Below are positions 52,303-64,000 of a DNA stretch of 64,000 bases, piece after piece; position 1 is the first letter of the stretch, and each line of letters starts with the position of its first letter. The stretch is from Octopus sinensis (lineage: Eukaryota): positions 164,734,001 through 164,798,000 of the forward strand of contig NC_042998.1 in the NCBI RefSeq assembly GCF_006345805.1. Direction: 5' to 3'. The notes beneath the pieces were generated by a model. It was given only the letters and a program-made list of their open reading frames with translations, was not told where the DNA came from and searched no databases. The translations under genes and the position numbers were made by a program.

Positions 52303-53338
52303 AGCGGCGAGCTAGTAGAAACGTTAGCATGCCGGGCGAAATGCCTAGCGGTATTTCGTCTGCCGTTACGTTCTGAGTTCAAATTCCGCTGAGGTCGACT
52401 TTGCCTTTCATTCTTTCAGGGTCGATTAAATAAGTACCAGTTACGCACTGGGGTCGATATAATTGACTTAATCCGTTTGTCTGTTCTTGTTTGTCTGTCC
52501 GTGTTTAGCCCCTTGTGGGTAGTAAAGAAATAGGTATTTCGTCTGTCTTTACGTACTGAGTTCAAATTCCACCGAGGTCGACTTTGCTTTTCATACTTTC
52601 GGGGTCGATAAATTAAGTACATTTGCGTACTGGGGTCGATCTAATCAACTATACCCCTCCCCCAAATTTCCGGCCCTTGTGCCTAGAGTACAAAAGAATA
52701 TAATCCTGTGCTTAGAGCGGCGTGCTGGCAGAATCATTAGCATGCCGGGCAAAATGCTTAGCAATATTTCGTCTGCCGCTACGTTCTGGGTTCAAATTCC
52801 GCCGAGGTCGATTTTGCCTTTCATCCTTTCGAGGCCGATAAATTAAAAAATACTGGGGTCGTGTGATCGACTAGTCCCCCAACCCCAAAATTCCTTGCCT
52901 TGTGCCTATAGCAAAAACTATTATTTGAAGGAAGTGAGCTGGCAGAATTGTTTGCATGCTGGACGAAATGTTTAGCGGTACTTCACCCGTCGCTACATTC
53001 TGAGTTCAAACTGCACCGAGGTCGACTTTACTTTTTATCCTTTCGGGGTCGATAAATTAATTACCAGTTGAGCACTGTGGTCCACGTAATCGACTGTCTC
53101 TCTCCCCCAAATTTCAGGCTTTGTGTCTATAGTAGAAAAGTATCTTTAGCACCCCAGGCAAAATGCTTAGCAGTATTTTGCCCCTCGCTACTTTCTGCGT
53201 ACAAATTCCGCCGAGGTCTACTTTACCTTTTATTCTTTTGGGATCGATAAAATATGTATCAGTAAAGTATTGGAGTCGACATAATTAACTACCCCCTCCT
53301 CTAAAATTGATGGCCTTGTGCTAAAATTTGAAACCAGT
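52303..53338 (+). mobile_element. Head-to-tail cluster of SINE family B: one dimer plus three monomers
   Basis: Five consecutive cores; 17-bp duplication TATA(G/A)TCCTGTGCTTAG at 52286-52302 and 52699-52715. Confidence 0.9.
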
Positions 53339-53415
53339 ATGGTGTGCATTTTATACACTTCAACATACGACATCCTACATTCTTCTCTTACTAGTAAAAT
53401 TACAAAGTTGTTCAC

Positions 53416-53448
53416 CGCTTTTCTTCCTGCTGGGGTAACTGAACGTTA
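53416..53448 (-). other. Candidate 33-bp exon
   Basis: Acceptor TTTTCTTTGATGTCTTTCAG|, phase 2-2 frame NVQLPQQEEK(R), weak donor |GTGAAC. Confidence 0.15.
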
Positions 53449-53532
53449 CTGAAAGACATCAAAGAAAATATTAAATTTGCAGTATTAATTTTAACAGTAT
53501 ATTTTACATTGAATATTAATTCACTACCTCTA

Positions 53533-53916
53533 GGGCGGCGAGATAGCAGAATCGTTAGAGCGCTGGAAAGAATGTTTAGCAGTATTTCGTCTGCTGTTAT
53601 GTTGTGAGTTCAAATTCCGCCGAGGTCAACTTTACCTTTCATCCTTTCGGGGTCGATAAATTAAGTACCAGTTACGCACTGGGGTCGATGTAATCGGCTT
53701 AATACCTATGTCTGTCCTTGTTTGTCCCCTCTGTGTTTAGCCCCTTGTGGGTAATAAAGAAATAGGTATTTCGCCTGTCTCTACGTTCTGAGTTCAAATG
53801 TCGTCGAGATTGACTTTGCATTTCATCCTTTCCGTATCAATAAAATTATAATAGGTTCGAAGCAATCGACTTCCCCTTCCCTCCAAATTTCAGGCGTAGT
53901 GCTTATAGCAGAAAGG
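53533..53916 (+). mobile_element. SINE family B dimer
   Basis: Head and core, linker, then an A-box-less second monomer. Confidence 0.88.
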
Positions 53917-54070
53917 ATTAATTAATTAATTATTTAATTAATTAATTAATTAATTAAATAGACTATTACTCTGTTACTCTGGTGCGGAAAGAAAAAGTGG
54001 GGAAAGCAGTAATGTACCGATGTACTGAATGAATGTTAAAACAATATGTGTGTGTGTGTGTGTGTGTTTG

Positions 54071-54104
<34 letters not shown>

Positions 54105-54111
<7 letters not shown>

Positions 54112-54255
54112 TAAAGAATCTCGCTTCCGAACTACGTGGTTCTGGGTTCAGTTTCTCTCGGTGGCACCTTGCGTAAGTATCTTCTACTATAACCCCGGGC
54201 CGACCAAAGCTTTGTAAGTGGACTTGGTAGACGGAAACTTAAAGAAGCCCATTGT
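54105..54255 (+). mobile_element. SINE family A, 5' half
   Basis: GGTTCAGTTTC...CTTCTACTATAACCCCGGGCCGACCAAAG. Confidence 0.75.
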
Positions 54256-54924
54256 ACACACACACACACACACATATATATAAGGTTCTGGGTTCTGGCA
54301 GGGTATAAAGATATGATATTCTAATGAAGCACTCAACTCGAATACTGGTCTATCAATATTCTTCGGTTGTAGAAAATCCTGGTTTCACGACGGTAAAACC
54401 GTTGAGTGGGTTTAGCGAAGAATAAAATATTGGCCAAATAATAATACAAAGAAATACTTTTAACACTTCTTTAATCATCAGTTACAATTGTTTGCATACT
54501 AGTCTACGCAAAAATTCGAAGTGAAAATTTACGTAATATTTGCGGCTTTAGCCATTATAGTGGCATTTCATCAGACATGCATCAAAGGTGTGCTCTTACA
54601 TTGTACGTCTACCAGACATTGTCTCTTTTTTTTTTTTTTGCTTATAACGGGAAGAAACAAGATGTAAATAAAAGTATGATAAGGAGATGAATAATTAATA
54701 TAAAGAACATGCGATAAAAGAAGGATAACGAAAACGAATAACAACAAATGAAGAGGATAACAAGAATATGATGACGACAAAGATGAAGATTGTGAGAGGA
54801 CGTCCTCATGGCCTTGTCCTCCTATTTCTTTGTTTTCTTCTTCTTTACTCTTCCTTCTCGCATGTTGATTATACTAATTATTCATCCTCTTATTAGAAAG
54901 AATGATTTTTTTTATACCGCCAAG

Positions 54925-55038
54925 GACGACATTGCCTTCCATCTTTTCGAGGTTGATGAAAATAAGTACCAGTCGAGGACTGGAGTCGATGTATTTGACT
55001 ATTCCCCCTCCCCACAAATTTTAGGCCTATCGTAGAAA
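54925..55038 (+). mobile_element. SINE family B fragment
   Basis: GCCTTCCATCTTTTCGAGGTTGATGAAAATAAGTACCAG core and tail. Confidence 0.75.
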
Positions 55039-55056
55039 CAGTTATAATTGTTCATA

Positions 55057-55370
55057 ACGATAAACGTCGCCCTTTCCAAGCCTAGCCAGGCTCATGGTCC
55101 CGGTTTCTGTGACGTATGTGTTCCCCCCAGCTGGACGGGACGTCGGTCCATCGCAGAGTTACTCAAGAAGCAGGAAGAGAGATTGAGAGAAAGTTGTGGC
55201 GAAAGAGTACAATAGGGGTTCCCACCACCCCCTGCCGGAGCCTCGTGGAGCTTTTAGGTGTTTTTGCTCAATAAACACACACAACGCCCGGTCCGGGAAT
55301 CGAAACCGCGATCTTCCGACCACGAGTCCGCTGCCCTAATCACTGGGTTACTGGGCCATTGCGCCTCCAC
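55057..55370 (-). mobile_element. SINE family C, tail type 1, with 14-bp TSD
   Basis: TATAATT(G/A)TTCATA at 55043-55056 and 55371-55384. Confidence 0.92.
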
Positions 55371-56026
55371 TATAATTATTCATACACGTTCATAAATAAG
55401 TTTAACAGAGATGTAGAAGATTCACATTGCGCCCACCAAACCACAACCAAAACGCAAATTTTTCGCCATTCCTTACTTCTTTATCGTTCACAGATAAGAC
55501 CCTACCTTATATATATATGTATATATTCATATATGTATGTATAAGCAATACATAAGAAGAGAGAGAGGTAGGGAAGCAGAAATAAGACAAAATTAAATAA
55601 GAAATTTGGAATCGTATTTTGTGAAGTTACACTCCAAGTAATAAAAGTGTTGCTTTCCCACACAGAGGCTTTGATGGATTAGCATAGAGTGAAAGATTAA
55701 TTAATTTTTCCAGCTTGTGCCACATTAGGGTACACTTAAAGTAAACAGAGTAGAGAGGAATTTAAAATAAAAAGTGAAAAACAAACAAGCCTTGAAACGG
55801 GGAGGAAAAGCAAGCCTTAACTTTTATGAGTCACGTATACGTAAGAAGTTGAGCGAACGAGGTTTGAATGAATCTGTTATACTCGAACGCAAGTACGAAC
55901 ACGCACGCATGCACGCACGTACACAAGCATACATCACTCTCTTTCTCTGTCTCTTTTTATCCGTTTATCTCTCTTTACATATATCTATATGTAAACGTGT
56001 GTGTGTGTGCGTGCGCGTGTGTGTGT

Positions 56027-56046
56027 TGTGTACACGTTAAGCTGGA

Positions 56047-56099
<53 letters not shown>

Positions 56100-56751
56100 G
56101 ATATACTGTATATTTAAACACATAGAGAATCCACTTATAGGGATTCTACGCATTAGAAAGAACAGCTAAGTTCTATGAGCACAAAAAAAAATTCGGGATA
56201 AAATTCGACAGGAATAAATTTGGAAATGAAAAATATTTACCATCTAGTACCCTTGACCAATTGGTTTCTAATCATCTTTTAGCGAGTCATGGAGAACTCA
56301 CAAGGTTTGGTTTTCTTCATATCGTATGACTAATATATAGTCTTTTTGACTAAAATTTTTACCACTGGAAATGTAAATTTTAATTGAATGTTTTTAATTT
56401 TAATTAAATTCCATTTCCCTTTGATATGATTATATATATATATATATCCTACTTAACGTGGATGGCTTTTTTGGACAACCACATACTGTATTATTATTAG
56501 CCTTGGGAAATCATCTCATATAGGCGATTGGTGCATAAAAGCATGCACATAAATCGTCTGTCACGGATTCCAGAACTCATTGAGGTTTATTAGAAAGATC
56601 TCTCAAGGCTAACAACATAGTATTAGGTGTTCAAACAAGACATCCACATTAAGTCTGATATAAAGACTGCATTTTGGTGGTTACTTCTTCTGTTGCGAAT
56701 ACTTAGGGTTATATCAGCACGGTCGCAGTCTAATGAATGAAACAAGTAGAA

Positions 56752-56796
<45 letters not shown>

Positions 56797-57898
56797 TATA
56801 AAAATTATATATAAAGAAACAAGAACGTGAAATACACAAAGGGACGAACACAGAAAACAGACGGGTCATTCGAAGCCTTTAATCTTCAGTCAGAAACCGG
56901 ATCATCATACCAAATTTCGGCTGATTAATTCTGATATTTGCTCCGACGCGGCCAGCCCCAATGAAAAACTAAGCTGTGAGCATTAGATTTCTTGGAAAAA
57001 GGAACGAATGTAAACGCAACAAGGACAGAAAAACGGACGAAGCCACACGAATATAAATACAAAAAAAAACGAGAACAAAAATAAAAATAAAAACAAGAAT
57101 GGTAATAACAGGATAACAGCAGGTGTCTTACGACTTTAGACAAATTGAGACAACTGTCAAGTTATGAAAATAATTTATCATTAAACCGAAGTGCATATTA
57201 ACCAGAGTGCATATTAACTTTTACGAAGAAAATGTGGGCTATAACTTCGAAGTTTAGGATCGATTACCGTCATTAGACTTTGTCTATATTTCAGGTATTT
57301 CTGACATTATATAGACGCTAGCTAATTAGTGGGGATGTGTGAAGTTATGTGAATGATCATTTTGGAGATGCAGTTGTATAGGAAATGGAAATAGAGGAGA
57401 ATAAGTGGAAAATATACGTTTGTAGATAGAAAGTCATGGTGATGCGATTTATTTCGGTTTGATGAGAATTTTATTCATCATTTGAGCTCTGTCAGCTTTA
57501 AGAAAAAAAAAATTTTAATTCAGGTAACAGCATTCTATGTATAGAAATGTGCTTATGCTACGTTTTAGGGCTCACAAAAGAATGTGTGTAGACAAGGTCA
57601 GCATAGGTCAGACTGAGTTTCAATTAATGTAGGTGGTGTTAGATTTCTATTACGAAATATTAAACTGGGTGTATTGGGAATGTTAGAATCAAGGAACAGT
57701 TATTATAAATATTTATTAGGTTTTTCTGGTCTGACTCGAGTGTGGCTTATTGTGTCAATATTATTCTTTTGATAAATGACATACACGTAAATGCGTTACA
57801 TTACATATACATCCAGATGAATGCATACGAATGTTGTATTTTTCCGCAGATAATTCTCTCTCTTAGGAGATAATCATATATAAACAATATATATATAC

Positions 57899-57930
<32 letters not shown>

Positions 57931-58242
57931 CCACACATAGATTTACCAATATCCGACTCTAGCTATTCGTTTTCATCATCATGTACATTGGAGCAGATGT
58001 GACTGTGTGGTAAGTAGCTTGCTTCCCAGCCACATGGTTCCGGGTTCAGCCCTTCTAGTGGAACCTTGGGCAAGTGTCTTCTACTATAGCCTCAGGCCGA
58101 CAAAAACCTTGTGAGAGGATTTCATAGAAGGAAACTGGAAGAAGATCATCGTTGTGTGTGTGTGTGTGGTGTGTGTGTGTGGTGTGTGTGTGTGTGTGTG
58201 TGTGTGTGTTGTGTGTGTGTGTTGTGTACACGTTAAGCTGGA

Positions 58243-58288
<46 letters not shown>

Positions 58289-58947
58289 ATATACGATATA
58301 CTGTATATTTAAACACATAGAGAATCCACTTATAGGGATTCTACGCATTAGAAAGAACAGCTAAGTTCTATGAGCACAAAAAAAAAATTCGGGATAAAAT
58401 TCGACAGGAATAAATTTGGAAATGAAAAATATTTACCATCTAGTACCCTTGACCAATTGGTTTCTAATCATCTTTTAGCGAGTCATGGAGAACTCACAAG
58501 GTTTGGTTTTCTTCATATCGTATGACTAATATATAGTCTTTTTGACTAAAATTTTTACCACTGGAAATGTAAATTTTAATTGAATGTTTTTAATTTTAAT
58601 TAATTCCATTTCCCTTTGATATGATTATATATATATATATATCCTACTTAACGTGGATGGCTTTTTTGGACAACCACATACTGTATTATTATTAGCCTTG
58701 GGAAATCATCTCATATAGGCGATTGGTGCATAAAAGCATGCACATAAATCGTCTGTCACGGATTCCAGAACTCATTGAGGTTATATTAGAAAGATCTCTC
58801 AAGGCTAACAACATAGTATTAGGTGTTCAAACAAGACATCCACATTAAGTCTGATATAAAGACTGCATTTTGGTGGTTACTTCTTCTGTTGCGAATACTT
58901 AGGGTTATATCAGCACGGTCGCAGTCTAATGAATGAAACAAGTAGAA

Positions 58948-58994
<47 letters not shown>

Positions 58995-60333
58995 TATAAA
59001 AATTATATATAAAGAAACAAGAACGTGAAATACACAAAGGGACGAACACAGAAAACAGACGGGTCATTCGAAGCCTTTAATCTTCAGTCAGAAACCGGAT
59101 CATCATACCAAATTTCGGCTGATTAATTCTGATATTTGCTCCGACGCGGCCAGCCCCAATGAAAAACTAAGCTGTGAGCATTAGATTTCTTGGAAAAAGG
59201 AACGAATGTAAACGCAACAAGGACAGAAAAACGGACGAAGCCACACGAATATAAATACAAAAAAAAACGAGAACAAAAATAAAAATAAAAACAAGAATGG
59301 TAATAACAGGATAACAGCAGGTGTCTTACGACTTTAGACAAATTGAGACAACTGTCAAGTTATGAAAATAATTTAACATTAAACCGAAGTGCATATTAAC
59401 CAGAGTGCATATTAACTCTTACGAAGAAAATGTGGGCTATAACTTCGAAGTTTAGGATCGATTACCGTCATTAGACTTTGCCTATATTTCAGGTATTTCT
59501 GACATTATACAGACGCTAGCTAATTAGTGGGGATGTGTGAAGTTAGGTGAATGATCATTTTGGAGATGCAGTTGTATAGGAAATGGAAATAGAGGAGAAT
59601 AAGTGGAAAATATACGTTTGTAGATAGAAAGTCATGGTGATGCGATTTATTTCGGTTTGATGAGAATTTTATTCATCATTTGAGCTCTGTCAGCTTTAAG
59701 AAAAAAAAAATTTTAATTCAGGTAACAGCATTCTATGTATAGAAATTTGCTTATGCTACGTTTTAGGGCTCACAAAAGAATGTGTGTAGACAAGGTCAGC
59801 ATAGGTCAGACTGAGTTTCAATTGATGTAGGTGGTGTTAGATTTCTATTACGAAATATTAAACTGGGTGTATTGGGAATGTTAGAATCAAGGGAACAGTT
59901 ATTATAAATATTTATTAGGTTTTTCTGGTCTGTTTCGAGTGTGGTTCATTGTGTCAATATTATTCTTTTGATAAATGACATACACGTAAATGCGTCACAT
60001 TACATATACATCCAGATGAATGCATACGAATGTTGTATTTTTCCGCAGATAATTCTCTCTCTTAGGAGATAATCATATATAAACAATATATATATATACA
60101 TATATATATATATCCACACATAGATTTACCAATATCCGACTCTAGCTATTCGTTTTCATCATCATGTACATTGGAGCAGATGTGACTGTGTGGTAAGTAG
60201 CTTGCTTCCCAGCCACATGGTTCCGGGTTCAGCCCTTCTGCGTGGAACCTTGGGCAAGTGTCTTCTACTATAGCCTCAGGCCGACAAAAACCTTGTGAGA
60301 GGATTTCATAGAAGGAAACTGGAAGAAGATCAT

Positions 60334-60337
<4 letters not shown>
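56027..60337 (+). repeat. Direct tandem duplication, ~2.19-kb unit (about 56027-58153 and 58223-60337)
   Basis: About 99% identical copies; identical 72-aa ORFs at 56925 and 59123; junction lies in (TG)n. Confidence 0.97.
57990..58153 (+). mobile_element. SINE family A, 5' half truncated at the duplication junction
   Basis: Near-identical to 60173-60337 but lacks the 3' half. Confidence 0.9.
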
Positions 60338-60403
<66 letters not shown>

Positions 60404-60612
60404 TGCGTCTGTGTTTGTCCCCCCACCACCGCTTGAGATCCGTTGCTGGTGTATTTACGTCCCTGTAGCGGTTCGGCAAAAGACAACGGTAGAATAAATA
60501 CCTGGCTTTAAAATATAAGTATTAGAGTTGATTCATTCGATTAAAATTTCTTCTGGGTGGTGCCCTAACAGGGCCCCAGTTTAATGACTGAAAAAAGTAA
60601 AAGATAAAAGAT
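60173..60612 (+). mobile_element. SINE family A, full length
   Basis: Head, (TG)n, 3' half and tail. Confidence 0.9.
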
Positions 60613-60620
60613 TATATATA

Positions 60621-61911
60621 CGAGGGGCGTTCAATAACTAATACCCTTGACCAACTTCCCATAGCAGTAGATCAACGAAACTTGGCACAGTTATTAGTCT
60701 TTTTCTACATAGGAACCACCCAGAGTTACGCATTTCTCCCATCCTTTGATGCAGCTCTGGAGACCGTTTTTGTAGAAGACCCCAGCTTGGTCCTCCAACT
60801 ACGATGTGACTTCAGAAATCAAGGCTGCATCATCTGGGAAACGCTTTCCTTTCAAAAACAACTTCATGGCTTGAAAGTGGTGAAAGTCAGAGGGTGCAAG
60901 GTCAGGAGAGTAGGGGGATTGGGGGAGGAGTTCATAGCAGCACGCCTGTGCTTCTGATCTGGCGACACGCAAGTTGTGGACCGGAGCGTTGTCCTGTAGG
61001 AGGAGAATGCCTTTGCTGATCTTGCCCCGCCTCTTGATTTTGATAGCTTCTCTTAATTTCCTCAAAAGTGAAGCATAATAGGCTCCTGTAATTGTGGTAC
61101 CCTTTGCCAGAAAATCTGTCATCACTACTCCGTCCTGGTCCCAGAAGACTGTGAGTATGACCTTGCCAGCGGAGGGTTGCGCCCTTGCCTTCTTTGGAGG
61201 AGGTGAGTCACGGTGCTTCCACTGCATTGACTGGGCTTTGGTCTCTGGATCATAGTGATGAACCCAGATTTCATCCTGTGTAATCAGTCTTTTGAAAAAT
61301 TTTGACTCACCTTCTTGGCACATCTCCAAATTCATCCTCGAGCACTCGACGCGTTCTTGCTTCTGGAAAGGTGTGAGCAACCTGGGAATCCATCTGGCAG
61401 ACATCTTTTGCTTATGCAAATGGTCATGAATGATAGTTTCCAGAGACCCGGTACTAATCTTGACCTCATGGGCTATTTGGCGAATAGTTATGCGTCGATC
61501 TTCTAAAATGGCAGCCTCAACTTGACGGACAGATGCCTCATCAATGGCAGAAGGGGGCGACCAGATCTGGGAGCTGTTTCCACAGAGTTCCGACCATGTT
61601 TGAATTCACGATGCCAGCGTTTTACAAGGTCATATGATGGGGCATCATCACCATAAGTTACTTTCATTTCATCAAAAGTCTCCCGTGGTGTGTGTTCTTT
61701 CAAATACAAAAACCGGATCACTGCTCGACACTCAACAGGTTCCATTTCACACTTGACTCAGTTCAAACACCTGTAAATCAGAAACCACAATTAGTTCAGA
61801 GCTGTAATTTGCTACTTAATCTATAAAGATACAAATAATTGCACATGCAAAATTTCAGCTAGATCAAACAACTGCAAGTGGGTCAGGGGTATTACTTATT
61901 GAACGTCCCTC

Positions 61912-61912
<1 letters not shown>
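60621..61912 (-). mobile_element. Mariner transposon (DD34D), full length, 1292 bp
   Basis: 32-bp TIRs CGAGGGGCGTTCAATAACTAATACCCTTGACC / reverse complement CGAGGGACGTTCAATAAGTAATACCCCTGACC (3 mismatches); TA TSD on both sides. Confidence 0.97.
60694..61745 (-). pseudogene. Mariner transposase, near intact (~350 aa reconstructed)
   Basis: HTH N-terminus, GRP, WIPRLL, TQDEIW, QDNAPVH-(34)-YSPDLAPSD; one 1-bp deletion near 61555 and one TAG stop at 60799-60801. Confidence 0.96.
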
Positions 61913-61974
<62 letters not shown>

Positions 61975-64000
61975 TGGCGACACCGGCTTAACCCTAGTAT
62001 AAATTTAGTAAAATGACCGTGTATTTGCAAGCTGATTTAATTCTGCCAACACTAACTCTAAGTATGTAACTTCAGCTAATAACTCGGGCTAGATATGAAA
62101 AAATAAGCCATTTAGGACTAGAAATATAGCGGGAGAACATGTGTCTTATGTAAAATCTGTGACGAGCCCAAGAGACGCTGATGACCTGGAGTCGTCTCTG
62201 ATATATATATATATATATATATATGACTGTATTGTCCAGTATGTCCTACTTTTAAGACAGTTGTGTCTTGAATAAAATTTAGCTATCAATTCTAGTCTAG
62301 GTTCACTTGTTGGCTCGTAGTTTTATCATGCTTCATAGTAACCCGATCCGTTAACTATTACTGCGATGTTTCTGAGATTTATACACTCAGCTAATTATAA
62401 TAATAATCTAAAATTGAAACTATTACTGTTTGAAATATCTTATTTATAATGCACACTATGACTTTCATTATCAGTTTACGGCATGCGACACTCATTGCTC
62501 ATATATCACCAAATTCTCGCAATGATTTTAAATTCGTTGTGCAGTCTGAATATTATCCATTAAGTGCCGTCACTTGTGTATTATCTCAGTCAAACTTTAC
62601 GCAGTAAAACAGACAGATGTTGCCGCTTAGGTCCTGTCGTAGACATTCCAATCATGACCATCCCGTCTTTTATTCAAATATTGAATCTAAGACATCATTG
62701 TCAAATAGATCATTTTCTGTAAGACGGTTGCTTTGTAATTTGAGAAAAATTTAGTTACTATTTCTAACCAAATGCTACGACAACATGAAGGTTAGTTCCT
62801 TCACTAGGCAGCCTTGATGTTGTTTAACTCCAGGTCAGCCTTGATTAAATAGGCCTTTGACTAACCCCCTTCCGTTGTTTGCTTGTGTGCAATAAATCTA
62901 TCGTATCTTTTTTAAAGCAGTAGGATGTGATTTGAGGGATATATGGCGACTATTTCGGGCAGGTCGATATACCATGCCACCACATAAAAGCCAAAGCCCT
63001 AGTTGGTTGGTTCCATGACAGTTGTTGTTGCTGTTGATGTTCTTGTCACTGTCTAATTCCTGATAAACTCTAATTGAACAGACCAATATTCAAAGATAAT
63101 CCAGCTGTGATCATCCAATATTACATTTTACGATATTCAGAGAACCCGGGAACATTATCTATTACAGTCATTCCCACCGGTGGGGCATACACCACACAGG
63201 TGGGGCCTGAGAAAATTTTGATAGGGCATGGGATCCATTATTTAATACAAAAGAATTAGTAAATGGTCCATTCAGAGAATGGAGTAAACAAAACAGGAGA
63301 GACGTGGAATGGAGAATTGCTGAAGATGCCCCAGGATGCGTGACGAAAGATTTCCAGACAAAGGAATAAAATGAGAACAATAATCAGTGAATACTTTGTT
63401 CAAAACAAAAGGTACCAAATGTGGCTATGAGATAAAGTTGAAAGGAAATACCCTAAAACTGCTATTTCAGTAAAGGAAATTTTGATTCATTGAGAGCAAA
63501 TAATATAAATTTTGTCCTATTGTAATTTTAGTCTACGTCTTATTTGGTTGAATGTGGTTTTAATACTGTAAATGGTTTGCTTCGAACCAAGAAAAACCGA
63601 TTTGAAATTACGAACCTTGGTGATTTTCAGCTGAGGCTAACAAAATTGTCTCTTCGAATCAAGGAGATCTGTCGTAGTTGTCAGGCACAAGGTTCACATT
63701 AAGGTGATCCGCTTTTTCTTAGTTGGTCAATAATGTACTTTTTTGTACTCAGTACTTAAATAAAAAAAAAGTTACAGGTAGATTCTTTTGTATTAAATAA
63801 TAGCGACAAAATATTAAAAATAAAGTTGTTTTTTTTTTAAACCACCGGTGTGGCATACATTTTTCTTGAAAGTTGTAGTCGGGTCTGGAGGGATGGAAAT
63901 AGGTTAATAAACATTAATCTAGCATATTCCCTTCTGAGAGAGAGCAAGTGTGATTTGACATAGCTTTCTAGCAGGTCGAGCAACAACGTGATGGAGAGAG

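Noticed and set aside
52303-53916. Regularly recurring similar units, superficially CRISPR-like
   Set aside because: The units are ~200-bp SINE monomers with no unique spacers and no cas genes, in a eukaryotic context.
56855-56900. CUGAAGA...CGAAU motif on the minus strand (duplicated near 59060-59095)
   Set aside because: GAAU instead of GAAA, and helices I and III do not pair; at most a decayed PLE terminus.
56925-57143. Identical 72-aa ORFs at 56925 and 59123
   Set aside because: Identity is explained by the tandem duplication; the peptide is low-complexity with no domain.
62170-62202. AGAGACG-CTGATGA...CGTCTCTGA hairpin, resembling a hammerhead or box C/D RNA
   Set aside because: No GAAA or helix II, and too short for a C/D snoRNA.

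Overview
Eukaryotic, AT-rich, repeat-saturated genomic DNA with no recognisable intact host gene. The SINE families match those I recall from Octopus (cephalopod) genomes; this assignment is inference. The window holds about 45 copies or fragments of four tRNA-derived SINE families (called A-D here) and many microsatellites, which produce almost all ORFs in the track. It also has three IS630-Tc1-mariner remnants (a near-intact 1292-bp DD34D mariner, a decayed DD34E Tc1 and a DD37D fragment), a hAT-Charlie-type and a Tc1/mariner-type MITE, two non-autonomous Helitrons, RTE-BovB and CR1-type LINE fragments, a 100-N gap and a ~99%-identical 2.2-kb tandem duplication joined at (TG)n tracts. The most notable signal is a set of minimal type I hammerhead-ribozyme-like motifs, each in or beside a foldback or direct-repeat structure of Penelope-like or retrozyme type. 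Across these motifs the tertiary 3-8 base pair covaries: C3-G8 at 15.6 kb, G3-C8 at 48.27 kb and U3-A8 at 0.9 kb. Two weak minus-strand exon candidates may belong to a host gene. All coordinates were read by hand and SINE boundaries are approximate.
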